A stretch of 64,000 nt of DNA from Macrostomum lignano (GCA_002269645.1 NIVC01000364.1:248001-312000), one strand, 5' to 3'. Positions 1 to 12,912 are shown, counted from the stretch's first letter. Translations and numbers: made by a program. Notes: a model not told the origin generated them from the sequence alone.

Positions 1-1574
1 CAAGAATGCAGTGCCCCCTCATCCAGCAGCAGAGTCTGGGTGGGGGGGGGGGCTGCTTCCGCTCCGCGAATAATGCCACCCAGGCCGGAGCAGCCGAGCG
101 CCCATTATCCCCTGGGCTGGAGATAAAAGCCAATCATTCTTCCCAATTAGCTCGGTGGGACTCGCAGGACTTGCATAGAGAAAAGGAAGCTCAGGGAGAG
201 CGCGCGCACACAAACGCACTCGGTCGCTTCTGCAGTTCGCAAGGAATGCGGCCGACTCATGATGGAGACGGAGAGGATGGGGGGACACAGCAGCTTTTAA
301 AAGTGGGGAAATGAGAATTCGCTTTCTCACATTTCTCTCCCCCTTTTCCCGTTAAGTCTCTTCCGCAATTACGGATCGGGAGAGTCTCCGTATTATGTTC
401 GGAGCTGATGGTTTTGCTTCTCAACCAGCCAAATCAAATCAAGGAGGTCCATTTGAATATCCTGCCTGATTCGATATCGACACCTGGAGCTTCCTGGCTT
501 GAGTGTTCATTGAATTGACTAAAAAATTGAATTAATTTCAGCTGGGAAACTGTGACCTGACTCATGCCACTGCAGTTGCACCTGAGTCAGTTGGCCGCCA
601 TCAGATTAGCGCAGAATCTGGTTTTGAAGTCGGCGAACAAGTAGACAACTGTCTAAAACATGTATGCTAGATTAATCCCCGAATTTTCTATCTTTCTGGT
701 TTAAAATCCCCTTGAAATTGGTAGTTCCCACGCCTGTTAATCCCCTTAGGGCGCGGGGCTGAGCTTGACTACGAAGACTTGAGCTCGGCTTTCCCACAGC
801 GGGGTGCCGTAGCTGTAGGGAGAGAACTGGGGCATGGGAAGGCTCTGACCCCGCCTGGCAACTGCGACGATTCAGGGGGGTAGGGGCTAATGAGCCTCTC
901 CACGTGGGGATGGGGAAGTGCCTTGCAGCATCCCGGCCTGAGCTCAGTTTTTTGTAAGTTTGGTCGGGTCTGGTGGGCGGCCTCTGTGATCAGGGCGCGG
1001 TTCCCAGAAAACTGCTCAAAGGGTTTTGCCTCGGCCTACCCCCCCCCCCGGCACCCCATGGTTTCTCAGCCGCTCTCGGGTGCCCTCTGGCGCAGCTGCT
1101 GCAGGTCGGGCTGATTGAGGCACCAGGGAGGGGTCGGGAGTCGGCAAGGAAGAGCCAGACGACTCGAGAAATTTTCTCCGTGAAAGTTGAACAATTTTTA
1201 TCCAGATCTTTGAGACAGGCAGAGCTGACGAACTGCGAATATAACAACTCCTATTGAGCTTATCGTTGATTTTATAAGTCATTGTTGTTAATCTCAACAT
1301 TTAGTTGAACTCTATGATTATTCAATGCTAAAGTCCTTGAAGTTCGCGTGTTTCCGAAGATCACACTATCATGGGACTGTCTGAGCCCTCGTGACAAGTC
1401 CAAAATGCGAGCACATAGCAAGTCTTAGACCTAAACATAAACATAGACTTACTAGTAATAAAGTTCACATGCACTAAGTAGAAGATATAGCATAGAGTTA
1501 AGGAATGTATTTACGAGCTATTTAAATCCCGAGGGCCGGCGACGCAGTCCCACACACCAGCACTGACGGCAGTT

Positions 1575-1695
1575 CTGCCCGTTCCGCTGACCCCTGAGCG
1601 CACACAAGCGCGCCAATACTGTACGACAGGATGTACAGCGGCTCTTTGACTTTCTAATCTTGTCAGGCATGTGCACTCACTGTGCCTTGGGGTGG
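1575..1695. repeat. Solo copy of a ~120-150 bp dispersed repeat module (same module forms the inverted arms at 55367-55828)
   Basis: Shares CCGCTGAC.CCTGAGC..CACACAAGCGCGCCAATACTGTACG and TGTACAG.GGC..TGAC.TTCTAATC..GTCAGGCATGT.CACTC.CTGTGCC.TGGG with 55381-55510. Confidence 0.75.
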
Positions 1696-2375
1696 CTATG
1701 AAGACCGATTTTCCTGCACACAAGGCGTCGCATACAAGGCGAACCAGGAGTCGCGGCGCGAGAGTCAGACGCGTCTACCGATGAGCTGCTCCGCACCTTC
1801 GCTCATAAGCCTAGTCTTGATACAAAATACGGTGCTGTAGTGGAAGGATTCATTGCACAGTCTATCCCAGTCTTTCTTTCAGACCGAACTCGAATTGAGC
1901 TGCGAACCGAACTACGACTTGCTACCTGTCGCTAAATAGAAGAGAGCCACCCAGAAGCGGAATAATGCGAACGCCGAATATTAGCCATCGTCGGTGTATC
2001 GCCGGAAATTGGTGAACAGCTAGGGAGCTGAGCTGATAAGCAAAATCGGCTACACTTGCCCCAGATCTATCAAGAATGAGCAGACCGAGAAGGGTCTCTC
2101 AATGTGCTTTGGATCCTCAATAAGTACGAGCGTATCATCTGACGTGTGAATTCTCTCTTTATTAGATAAGAAAAACTGCGTGATAATTGCGATGAGAATT
2201 GTGCACAAGCTCCCAATCTGCTCTACTATGAGTAGTCTGCTGCAATATAATGCCTCCGACAAATCACTTTTCAGAACGCATCAATGACCACAAATAAGTT
2301 AATACCTCATATGAATTAGTAGCGTTATCTCACAGTGATCACTAGATTAATCAATGCAGTTTAATGCGCCACAGG

Positions 2376-3120
2376 CACTTATTTTTGGCGCCCACTGACA
2401 CTCATTTTACCACCCACGACACTTATTTTACCTCCCACTGACACTCATTTTAGCGCCCACTGACACTCATTTCTGGGCCCACTGACACTCATTTCTGCTG
2501 CCCACTGACACTCATTTTGGCGCCCACTGACACTCATTTCTGGGCCCACTGACACTCATTTTGGCGCCCACTGACACTCATTTCTGGGCCCACTGACACT
2601 CATTTCTGCTGCCCACTGACACTCATTTTGGCGCCCACTGACACTCATTTCTGGGCCCACTGACACTCATTTTGGCGCCCACTGACACTCATTTCTGGGC
2701 CCATTGACACTCATTTCTGCTGCCCACTGACACTCATTTTACCACCCACGACACTCATTTCTGGGCCCACTGACACTCATTTTGGCGCCCACTGACACTC
2801 ATTTCTGGGCCCACTGACACTCATTTCTGCTGCCCACTGACACTCATTTTACCGCCCACTGACACTCATTTCTGGGCCCACTGACACTCATTTTACCACC
2901 CACTGACACTCATTTTACCACCCACTGACACTCATTTCTGGGCCCACTGACACTCATTTTACCACCCACTGACACTCATTTTACCACCCACTGACACTCA
3001 TTTCTGGGTCCACTGACACTCATTTCTGGGCCCACTGACACTCATTTCTGGGCCCACTGACACTCATTTTGGCGCCCACTGACACTCATTTTGGCGCCCA
3101 CTGACACTCTTTTGGCGCCG
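2376..3120. repeat. Minisatellite, ~21-bp unit GCCCACTGACACTCATTT(TG/CTG)G
   Basis: Directly visible tandem array. The 3' flank (3150-3280) ends in GGTGGTGACGCCTCTG, resembling one end of a non-autonomous DNA transposon; no matching other end found. Confidence 0.95.
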
Positions 3121-4308
3121 CAGTCACTGATTTTGGTGTCCTGAAGCAAAATCCTTGATTTCCATTACGGGGTCACAAGGTGGGGGCTGGGGAAAAATCA
3201 ATGATTTGTCCCCCCCTAACAGCTTTTACTAGGAGGGGGGGGGGCACATGTCCTCCTGCCCCCCGGTGGTGACGCCTCTGATTTTAAGCAACCCATTTCA
3301 TATCGCCTAAACTTCACCAGTGTTAGGCATCGATAATGCAAATCTTAACTTCAGCTAACGGCTAAAGCGTTGGAATGAAAAAAAAGAAAAATATATAACT
3401 TAGCCAATGGTGTTAAATTTAGGTTTTGTGAAGGCGCCCACATGGCATCCGTGAATCTGAATTTTTACAAACAGTTTTGCTATGCTATGCAAATTACCTG
3501 TTACACAGTGTGCACCTCACATGACATTTGGTCTGGTTTAGCCCTTAGTTTGAAACCAAATACATTTGCGGTTAGAAAGTCTAAATCGAAGGGCCATTTA
3601 ACCCACTATTTACCTTCAGACACTGCGCGTGTGCTTCAGAGCAACTGCTCAGGCCAGACCAAAGGACGCCTTAAAGGTAAAACTTGACCGCAGGCCCAGT
3701 TTTGAGGAGCAGGAGCAGGAGAGGAGAGGGAGCGACATGTCGAGTTGTCAGTCAAAAAGCTGCTCAGGTCAGTTGGCGCCAATGATTATGCGGTGAGCAC
3801 CAGCCCCCCCCCCCGTTATCTCGCCTCGCCTCCGCTGGTCAGTCATCAGTAAATCATGCTGCTATCAACTAGTTTTATCTTCGGCAAACAAGATCAGACT
3901 GCGCTAGGGCATATCTGACAGACGCGTCCGATAGTCGCACATGAGCTGCTCAAGGCTGATTTGGATTTCAAGAAAAAAACGAGAGCTCTGAAGCTTTTTA
4001 TTCTCTTATCCTAAAGTTCATTTTTATCATTTGAATTCGGACTGACAGCAACATGAAATCCAGTTTGATTGCAGCCTACCGCGTCGTGAAACATTTGTGG
4101 CAAAAAAGTATCTTTGAATAGCAGAATCGGCAGAATTTGGCAATTCAAAGAGGCTGGCTCGCGGTTGATTCAAAAATGCACTGGGGGAGGAAGGGGCGTT
4201 CTGTGGCCACGAGCGCACGAAGGTCATCTGAAGGTCGTCTGCCAAACAGACTTGCTGTAATCTTATCATTAGCTGTAAGACATCATGAAATCTACTTTTA
4301 TTCAGTAA

Positions 4309-5621
4309 CTAGATATGGCACATGCCACCGCTGAACTCCCCTTTGACGCCGATGCTGCCTAGAAAATTTTGCAACCTCCCCAACGACGGTGTCTGCTGCG
4401 CCACTGACTGCTGAACATCCCGATTGATGTCGCCGCCGCCGCCGCCGCCGCTGTCATTGCTGTCGTGGCAAAAGAACTTCATGGCGTCCAGATTGCCAAG
4501 GAAGCTGGCGAACATGTTCGCGTCGAAACAGTCGAAGTCGTCTTCGATTCGAGGCTCCTGACTGCGGTGGCAGCGGTGCTGCTGCGCCTGCTGCCAGTAG
4601 CAGCAGCAGCTGCAGCTGCAATGGTAGGAGTAGCCGCCGGTGCTGTTCCAACCAGTTGGTGCCCAGTTTGACTGCTGCTCAGGCTCGGACTGAGGCTGCT
4701 CAAATCTGCGCTCTTTCAGTTCGGTTAGATGCTGTTGTTGTTGCTGCTGCTGTTGCTGCTGCTTCTGCTGCTGCTGCGACTTCTTCTTGCGTCTCGGCTG
4801 GTACTTGTAGCCGGGATGGTCAGTCAGATGTTGACGCTTCAGCCGTTCCGCCTCAAGCACAAAAGGGCGCTTCTCGGCGTCGCTCATTGACTTCCACTTG
4901 TCGCCTGGTAGTAGAATGTGGCGTGTGATTTTACACGTTTGGCTTGGTTGTAGCTGCGGTACAAAATGACCGGTGGCTCGCCTAGGCTGCTTCAATATAA
5001 TAATAATTGATTTCACCTGCCCCCTGGGCAGATGTGCAACCGACAGCTCAGCCGCAGCTATTGCGCGGCGCCTCTGAAGGCTGCGTACGGCTGTTCAGTC
5101 CAAGGACTGGGGGGTCGCCACACACCCTCAATTAACCCAGCTAATGCTGGCACCCATTAATTACAGCTGGGTGAACTGAAGCAATGCAGAGTTAAGTGTC
5201 TTGCTCAAGGACGCAAATTGTTCCGAGTGGGTCGAGAATCGAACCCCCGACCTTTCAGTCGCGAGTCTGACGCTCTAACCACTAGGCTACAACCCCCTAA
5301 TCCACTATGAAGGTCTCACAGTTCTGGAGAGTCCGGAGAATGTATCTCGCATCAATATCTACCCGTTAAGACCTGTTTATGCATAAGGGACTCACCCAAC
5401 AGCCGGCTGAGCTCCACATTGTGCACATCTGGATTGGCCTTGGACAGCTGCTTTCGCTCGGCTCTGGCCCACACCATGAACGGATTCATGGGCCTGGGAA
5501 TGTGATTCCTTCTGCGCCTCCTGCCGGCGGTGGCAACTACTGCCGGTGTGCTGCCGTCAACGCTACTGGCCGAAGTGCTGGGCCGGTCCCACAGGTATTC
5601 GCTGAAGTCCAAGCTGGCCAT
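4309..5621 (-). CDS. soxF: SoxF-type (Sox7/17/18-like) HMG-box transcription factor; exons 5621-5396 and 4904-4309
   Basis: HMG box [37 protein letters not shown]|[40 protein letters not shown]. Phase-1 intron inside the Gly of LG (G|GTGAG ... TACCAG|GC), the SoxF-type position. PolyQ tract. ATG at 5621 (the ORF track start is a GTG). SoxE cannot be fully excluded. Confidence 0.8.
4994..5297 (-). mobile_element. tRNA-derived CORE-type SINE in the Sox intron
   Basis: Minus strand: A-box TAGCCTAGTGG, B-box GGTTCGATTC, CORE-like segment CCTTGAGCAAGACACTTAACTCTGCATTGCTTCAGTTCACCCAGCTGTAA, 3' stem-loop CATCTGCC-CAGGG-GGCAGGTG and (ATT)n tail. Highly similar second copy at 60998-61280. Confidence 0.85.
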
Positions 5622-6103
5622 GCTAGAAGTAAGACAGTTTTGGAGAGACACACTTCAAATTATAATTGCTCGATGATCAGTGTTTCTTTTTTTAATAGAA
5701 AAAATATTCCAGCTTATTTTAATCGTCCTCCCAAATTCGTGTTTTAAATAGATTTAGACAAGAAGACGGCTGGGAGGGTGTGAAGTGAAGGGTGTGAAAA
5801 CTGGGGGTGGGCGGTGATCTCAGTGAGATTAGATAACGCAAGAGAGACCCAGGCTTTAAGTCAGACAGCTGTGCCCGGTCTAGAATGTTACTTTGGACAC
5901 AGGATAACTTGGTGTCTGAGGAACTGGAATGCTCTTTGGTATTAATAAATGAGGTTTGCATGCAGCTTCTCTAACAAATATTCTCAAGAGAGCTGCGCGG
6001 GTACCCCTGAGTCATGCGCGGGTAACCCCATGACTCCAGAGCGCATCCTGGATACTGTATACACAGGAACGCGCTCGTTCACACGCTCACTGAAGATTCC
6101 TCT

Positions 6104-6752
6104 GCGATTATGAGCACAGATTCGAGGAAGATTTCCTTGAGATTATGAGCACATATTTGAGTAAGATTCTCCTGAGATTATGAGCACCGATTCGAGGAAG
6201 ATTTCCCTGAGATTATGAGCACAGATTTGAGGAAGATTTCCCTGAGATTATGAGCACAGATTTGAGTAAGATTTCCCTGAGATTATGAGCCTAAGATTCG
6301 AGGAAGATTCCTTGAGATTATGAACCTAAGATTTGAGGAAGATTTCCCTGAAATTATGAGCACAGATTTGAGGAAGATTCCCTCTGAGATTATGAGCACA
6401 GATTTGAGGAAGATTTCCTCTGAGATTATGAGCCTAAGATTTGAGGAAGATTCCCTGAGATTATGAGCCTAAGATTTGAGGAAGATTCCCTGAGATTATG
6501 AGCCTAAGATTTGAGGAAGATTCCCTGAGATTATGAGCACAGATTCGAGGAAGATTTCCCTGAGATTATGAGCACAGATTTGAGTAAGAGTCTCCTGAGA
6601 TTATGAGCACAGATTTGATGAAGGTTTCCCTTAAATTATGAGCCTAAGATTTGAGGAAGATTCCCTCTGAGATTATGCACCTAAGAGTTGAGAAAGATTC
6701 CCTGAGATGATGAACCTAAGAGTTGAGGAAGATTCCCTGAGATTATGAGCCT
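6104..6752. repeat. Minisatellite, ~35-bp unit GAGATTATGAGCACAGATTTGAGGAAGATTTCCCT
   Basis: Visible tandem array upstream of the Sox gene. Confidence 0.95.
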
Positions 6753-7819
6753 AGATTCTGAAATACCGTTACACTATTAAACTCAGGATAAAGTTTTGTT
6801 CTGACTGCGGTACATAAAAAACCAACACTACTGAGCCAGAATCAACAGTAGTGCAAGTGTCATGTAGTTATAGAGTGCAGCGGGCGGCGGCTCTTCTGAT
6901 CTCGTCCACTCTGTCTAGGCGTGGCTCGAGTGTGTTTGGCTGCGAGTATTTACAAGCAGAAATTGTGCTGACATCAGACTATAGGCTAGTCTCACTTTGT
7001 TCCGATCAGCTCCCGAGTCCATGCGAACGCAGCAGTAAAGGCTTTCTCAATGATTATCACGTGTTTAAAAAACTTGCGGCGCCTTTTCATGCCTGCAGTT
7101 TTCACCTGGTGTAGCCACTTGAGAGGTGTCTGGCCTGCTTCAAACACTGCCGCTGGCGGTGGCTAATGTCAGCACTAACACAAGTTTTGTTTAAGTGTGA
7201 TTTTATTACGCTTGCTCGAAGTTTTAAAGCTACCGGTTCGGTCATGATTTTGCATGTCGAGCACGATGAAACCATAAAATTTGGAAAATTTCTGAATGTG
7301 TTACGATAAAACAAAATATTAATTATTTTTTACGCGAGAATTCTTCACGGTCTGGATGGGCTAAGGATTCTGGACAGTTTAAGGAATTTCTTGATTTTTT
7401 GTCGTCTTCACTGTATCACCAATTGCTAAATCTTACGAGTGTGGAAATTCTTAGAAAATTTTGTCCTTTTTTAACAAAGTTCAAAGGGTTTCTTTTGTTC
7501 CTGAGATTTCATTCGCAAGATATAGCATCTTTATTAACGATTTCTCTGCTTTAAACAGATGTGAGTCTAATTTAAACAACTATATTTAAGTAGCTCGTAG
7601 TATGCACGAGAGTACAAAGATTTTAAAACGAAGAGCCCAGAGTCCAGAGAACGGACTAAAAAATCTGGTGTTCTAAGAAATCGGACTTTTTAAGCTGTTA
7701 GTGCGACATACTACTGACAATAGGCTTGGAAGAAAGTCAACACCGAAAAATATTCAAAACGGGCATTTAATCGAAATAGAGTTAAAAGTTAGAACTGCAG
7801 TTGCTACGACGGACGCTGT

Positions 7820-8290
7820 CTTTGGTGGCTGACTTTTGGGACTCTTTGGGGGACTGACATTGGTGTGCTGTATTTAGAGTGCTTTGGGACTGTCTTTGGG
7901 GCGCTGTCTTTGTGAGACTGCCTTTGAGGGGCTGTCTTTGTGGGACTATCTATGGGGAACTATCATTGGGGGACTGACATTGGCGGGCTGTCTTTGGAGG
8001 GATGGCTGTGGGGACTGTCCTTGGTGGACTGTCTTTGGGGGACTGTCTTTGTGAGACTGTCTTTGGGGGACTGTCTTTGGGGGACAGTCTTTGTGTGACT
8101 GTCTTTTGGTACGTTCTTGGGGGGGGCGCTGTATTGTGGGGGGGGGCGCTGTATTGTGGGGGGGGGCGCTGTATTGTGGGGGGGCGCTGTATTGTGGGGG
8201 GGGCGCTGTATTGTGGGGGGGGCGCTGTATTGTGGGGGGCGCTGTATTGTGGGGGGGGGCGCTGTATTGTGGGGGGGGGGCGCTGTATTG
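7820..8290. repeat. Compound G-rich minisatellite: degenerate GGGACTGTCTTTG units, then ~18-bp GGGGGGGCGCTGTATTGT units
   Basis: Visible tandem arrays; they account for ORFs 7946-8341, 8002-8313 and neighbours. Confidence 0.9.
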
Positions 8291-9052
8291 GGACGCATCT
8301 TTCACAGTGTTAATTAATTGAATCGAGTTTGTGACTTCCAATCTTCCTCATTTGGGCTGAAATTTTTCATTGAGTTTTTAGTTCAACACCCATTTTCCAT
8401 TCATGGTCGGAGCTGTTTCTGTAGCAGTTCCGATATTATGCTCGTGCAAGTAACTACTTGATCTGTATCAATAATGCTAGCGTATACACATATTGTGAGC
8501 TTTATCTCATAAAAATGGCAGCTATACTGCATAATGCTAGCAACAAAATAACACTGGGTTATCTTGTCGAGTCTTCATTCAAAACGACCATTTTAGCTGA
8601 ACAGTTTGAAAATGTAGCTAGCGTTACAGCAAAGCTACATTCACTACATTTTGTATGTAACATTGTTTAAGTGGCTAATAGTAGACTTCTTAGTTATAGT
8701 CCTTGGTAACCCTCAATTGCATTTTCTGTTCGATGTAGAGACACCACCGTTTCAAAAAGTTACTTTCAATGAGTTGATTCAGTCTACAAATGCTTTAATC
8801 CAAAAATGCTTTTTTCGTTACTTGATTTCTCGTGTAAAACCATTGTAAAACTTGATTTCTTGTGTAAAACCATTGACCATTAACCCGATCGCAGCCAGGT
8901 TTCCCATGGAAAAAACGGGGTACAGAGTCCTTGAATCTTCGACTGACGCGGCTAATACATATTAACTTTGCCTTTAATTGAGTTTATTTTATCCATTATT
9001 TATCCTGACCTAAATCTTAATGTGCTTTCCTAGTAAATGTTCGTTCATTCTA

Positions 9053-12000
9053 GGAACAACAACAAAATACGCTGTTAGCGTCACAAGGCGCGTCTCAAGG
9101 CCAGCAGGTCACGGACGAACGCCACGCCGCCAGCTGAATCTGGGGCGCCCGGGTCAGCTAGCAGGCAGTCGACGAATTAACGCTGAGTGCGGGCCTGCCC
9201 CCGCCGGTAGGTTGCCTGCAGGTCTGTCAGGACATCTTCGACGGCCTGGAACGCTCTCCACCGCACAGGAGCATCCTCGCGTGCATGGACTTCAAAGGAG
9301 CCTACGAAACGGTCTGGAAGGAAGGCCTCGTTGTGAAGATGACTCGAGTAAAGATCGACCAGAACACCATCGGCTGGACGGAAGCCTTCCTTTCCGACCG
9401 ACGCGCAAGAGTCCGCTTCGGGCACACCCTGAGCCGCCAGCGCGTCTTCCGAGAGGGACTCCCACAAGGCTCGGTCCTGGCGCCAACTCTCTGGAACATC
9501 TACGTGAATGACCTAGAGGAGGCAGTCACGACAGCAGCGCCGGACTGCGGCATCAGCCTCTACGCCGATGATTCGGCTGTCCTCAGCACCCAAGCCCTCA
9601 CTGGCGAGCTGCGGAGCCAGGATACAACCGGCACTCACTGAAAATCACCCTGAGTACCAGCAAGTGCAACTACTCAACATTCACGCTCGCCCCCAACGAG
9701 GTGAACGGCAAGCTCCGGGTCCCGCTCGAGCTAGCCGGCGAGCCACTCCAGTTTGAAGAACACCCGACCTTCCTGGGCCTCATCCTGGACTGCCAGCTGA
9801 ACTTCGCCCAGCACGCAGCCAACGTCTGCCGCCGCATGAGCCGACGCCGACGCGCTCTTGCCGACCTCGCAAACCGCGCGGTAGGAGCCACCCAGGAGGT
9901 GCTCCGGACGGCCTACCAGGCAACCATCCGCGCCGTGGCCGAATACGGATGCGGAGTCTGGGGAGCCAGCGCGGCACCGAGTACCAAACTGCTTATCGAA
10001 CAGCAACAGAACAGCTGCGCAAGAATCATCACCGGATGTATGCTCCCAACTCGAACCACGGAGCTGCTTCGGACGGCCAACCTCCCCCCCTTTGGCCACA
10101 CCATCCTGGAACGCGCCGCCTGCCTCCGAGAACGGGTGCTGCGCCTCCCGGAGGACGTCCCAGCACACCGGACTGCGGCCAGAGACACCACCAGCAGACT
10201 ACGAAACCGCGCCTACGAGAGCGCCCGCCGACAAGAAGAGGCAAATTTTAACGCGCTACTAGACAATGATTACAAGCGCCCTTTCCGCGGCTGCTGGCGG
10301 CGAATCGCGAGAGAAATCACCGGTCCCTGCGGCCTCGAAGACCGGCCCAGAGAGCCGTTCCCGCCACCGCCGCCCGACCTGGCACACCTCGCGCTCAACC
10401 GGTACAGCCAGACTTTCGACCTCACCCTCGCCGACGGCTGCGGCAGAGCAGTCCCGACGAGCGTCCGCCGCGACAGGGCGATGTCAGCTCTCGAGCAGCT
10501 AACACCCTGTGACATCGACGCGTGGACGGACGGCAGCGTCAAGGAGGGCATCCACGACGCATGGGGTGCCGCGGTAATCTGCACCCGCCTCTGGTGCCAA
10601 AAGATCACCGCCCCGGCTGGCCGGATCGCATGCAGCTTCCAGGCGGAGATGGTCGCGATCAGCGCCGCCCTCGACTACATTACTCAACTCCCGCCAGAGC
10701 ACGGCCTTACAGTGCGGATCCTCAGCGACTCCAAATCAGCACTCACGGCCCTCCAGAGCGGCCCCAGTAGGCAGGTCACCGCCGCCGGAAGCCGCTGCTG
10801 GGAGGTACTGGCCCACATGTCGCGCCCGTGCGACTTCGTCTGGGTCCCGGCCCACTGCGACGTCCCGGGCAACGAGCAAGCAGACCGCTGCGCCAACGAA
10901 GCTAGACGCGGCCAACAGCAGGACGAACCCATTACGCTGCAGGCCGCCAAGGCCGCCATCCGACGCGCGCGGTTCGCCCGCGACCAGGAACTGCTTGGAC
11001 GCCCCTGGCAACGACCACCACGACACCTGACCAGGAAAGAAACGGTGGCGATTAACCAACTCAGAGCCGGGTGCTCCACCCTGGCCGGGGCCACACGTCA
11101 CCGGGTCGGCCTGACTGAGAACGCCAGCTGTCCCGATTGCGGGGCGCCCGACACGGAGGAGCATATCATCCTTGAATGCCCACGCGGCGACGCCCTTCGG
11201 GCGAGCACTGAGGACGAGAGGGACATCCGCGACGACCCGGAGCGCCTTCTCGCCCTCCTTCGCAGGTTGGGGCGCCTCTGAGCGCCCTCCCCCCAGCTGC
11301 CAGCGGCAGCGTTGTGGGGCGGTGGAAGAAAAGAAGAAGAAGAAGCACCTCCTGCACCGGCTGTGGGCAGTACGTCGATCGGCGCGGATGATATGGCCTG
11401 CAAGCTGGAGTCGCCGACGGCGCAACAGGTTGCTTGGACTGACCACCGATACAATGCCGCGTTGGTCACTCGCTCGTAGCCGATCTTGAAGGCGGCGCGC
11501 AGCAGGCCAGCGTGCGCCGCGTCAACTTTTTGATCGAGCGAATCCACCAGCGTCCAGGTCTCGGCGTTGTACAACAGGACGGTCTCTATCACCGCCTGGA
11601 ACAACGCCGCCCTCTGGCGGTCAGGTAGGGCCTCACAGAACGAAAGGCAGCCCAGGTAAGCCTGCGGCGACGCCGCAAATCCTCGCGGACACCAGGAACC
11701 AGACCGCCGATATAGACGAACTGCTGACAACGCGGAAGCTCTGTCGCCTGTTCATCAGCGCCTCGGGACAAAATCGCAGCCTCGATTCCTGTCCGACACG
11801 CAGAGCACAACGGTTTTCTGCGTGTCGACCACCAGGCCGACACTCGCCGCAACAGCAACTAGCTTGTCTAGTTGTCGCTGGGCGCCCTCGACAGTTGAGG
11901 ACAGCAGGGCGAGATCGTCGGCGTAGCCAAGCACGCTGAGCCGCCTCTCCAGTTGACGTCGACCCACGCGTCGCCGCAACAGAAAGCCGTTGTCGTTGGT

Positions 12001-12330
12001 AAGAAAAGCAATCCGCAGCACCCAGTCAAGCACCAGAACGAACAGAAACGGCGCATGCGTGTCTCTCAGAAGCACCCTGGAGGATGTCTCAAAGAAGTCC
12101 GGTAGGCCGTCCAGTGTTGAAACAGCAGCTCTCGTATCACGGTATATCTCAATGATGGCGGAAATTAGCTGCTCTGGCACGTTGTACTTCTGGAAATCTA
12201 TGAAGATAACAATCAGGATTGATTGGCGTGTCCGCGCCTCTTCGATGACTCGGTGAAGAGCTAGAATCTGCGTCACTGTGCCGCGATGGAGCCGGAAGCC
12301 GTTCTGCTCAGGACGAATCTGCACGAGACA
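9053..12330 (-). mobile_element. Degenerate RTE-group (RTE/RTEX-like) non-LTR retrotransposon, 5'-truncated and split by an inserted LINE
   Basis: RT motifs RPEQNGFR, IFIDFQK, APFLFVLVLDWVLR, LGYADDLALL, then LFQAVIETVLLYNAETWTL, LRRRRLQLAGHIIRA, QPVQEVLL. Continues left of the insert as LQATYRRGQARTQR*FVDCLLADPGAPDSAGG...RRAL* with a (TTG)n tail at 9053-9066. Several frameshifts and deletions. Confidence 0.85.
9225..11344 (+). mobile_element. I-group (I/Ingi-like) LINE: RT + RNase H + CCHC zinc knuckle, 5'-truncated, frameshifted
   Basis: RT motifs DFKGAYETVW, GLPQGSVLAP, LYADD, FLGLILD. RNase H WTDGS...FQAEMVAI...ILSDSKS...WVPAHCDVPGNEQAD. C-terminal CPDCG..DTEEHIILECP, stop 11281, (GAA)n tail 11321-11344. 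Frameshift near 9600-9640. Exact 5' boundary uncertain (9222-9230). Confidence 0.9.
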
Positions 12331-12912
12331 GCGATTCCTTCCCGGAATCAGCGGGACTGCTTGTTCCGCGGCGGCTCGAACTGCAGCACCTCCGCGTACT
12401 CGGCACCTCCACGTTTGCCGCCGAGCATGAAAGCGCTGGCAAAAGCGGCTGTGCGTGTCGGCGTCTCTGAGCGCGCGGTAGTAGCGCTGCGGTGACCGCT
12501 TCGGCGGACGGTAGAGTGCCGGAAGGTCCGCCCGATACCAAAGTTATTTCGATCGAACGCATTTTTACTATCGAAGGTCATGAGCTTTATAGTATACAGT
12601 ATAAAATCACTGCACCTCCTTTACACTTCCTTCGCTTTGAGAATTCGAACAGAAATGAAAAACGAAATTCATTGACGAGGACCTGAGCTTAATAGCATGA
12701 AGTTTGACCCATGCAGGCAACCCGCAACTTCTATGCTTGTGTTTTATTTCTGGCATTCCTGTCTTTTTTCCTGCATTGGATTTAATCACTACATGACAAT
12801 TACGAGCTACATTCAACGTTTCAGTATATTGATTACATGTATATTTGGGACGGCCAGCCCCAGCCCCGATGCGCCATCATCGCCAGCCACAAGGGGTGAG
12901 GGGGGCGGCAGA

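Noticed and set aside
1-1300. ORFs of 74-103 aa at the window start
   Set aside because: No homology signal or coherent splice structure; treated as noncoding or regulatory.
5230-5297. tRNA gene (also 61215-61280)
   Set aside because: A/B boxes are present but the acceptor and anticodon stems are poor, and both continue into the same SINE body.
9080-9100. 13/15 match between the RTE 3' end (GCCTTGAGACGCGCC) and the SINE body (GCCTTCAGAGGCGCC) as evidence that RTE is the SINE partner
   Set aside because: Too short, flanks do not align, and the SINE true 3' stem-loop matches a different sequence (21361-21404).
9670-12562. Numerous antisense or overlapping ORFs across the LINE region
   Set aside because: Expected by-products of GC-rich retroelement coding sequence.
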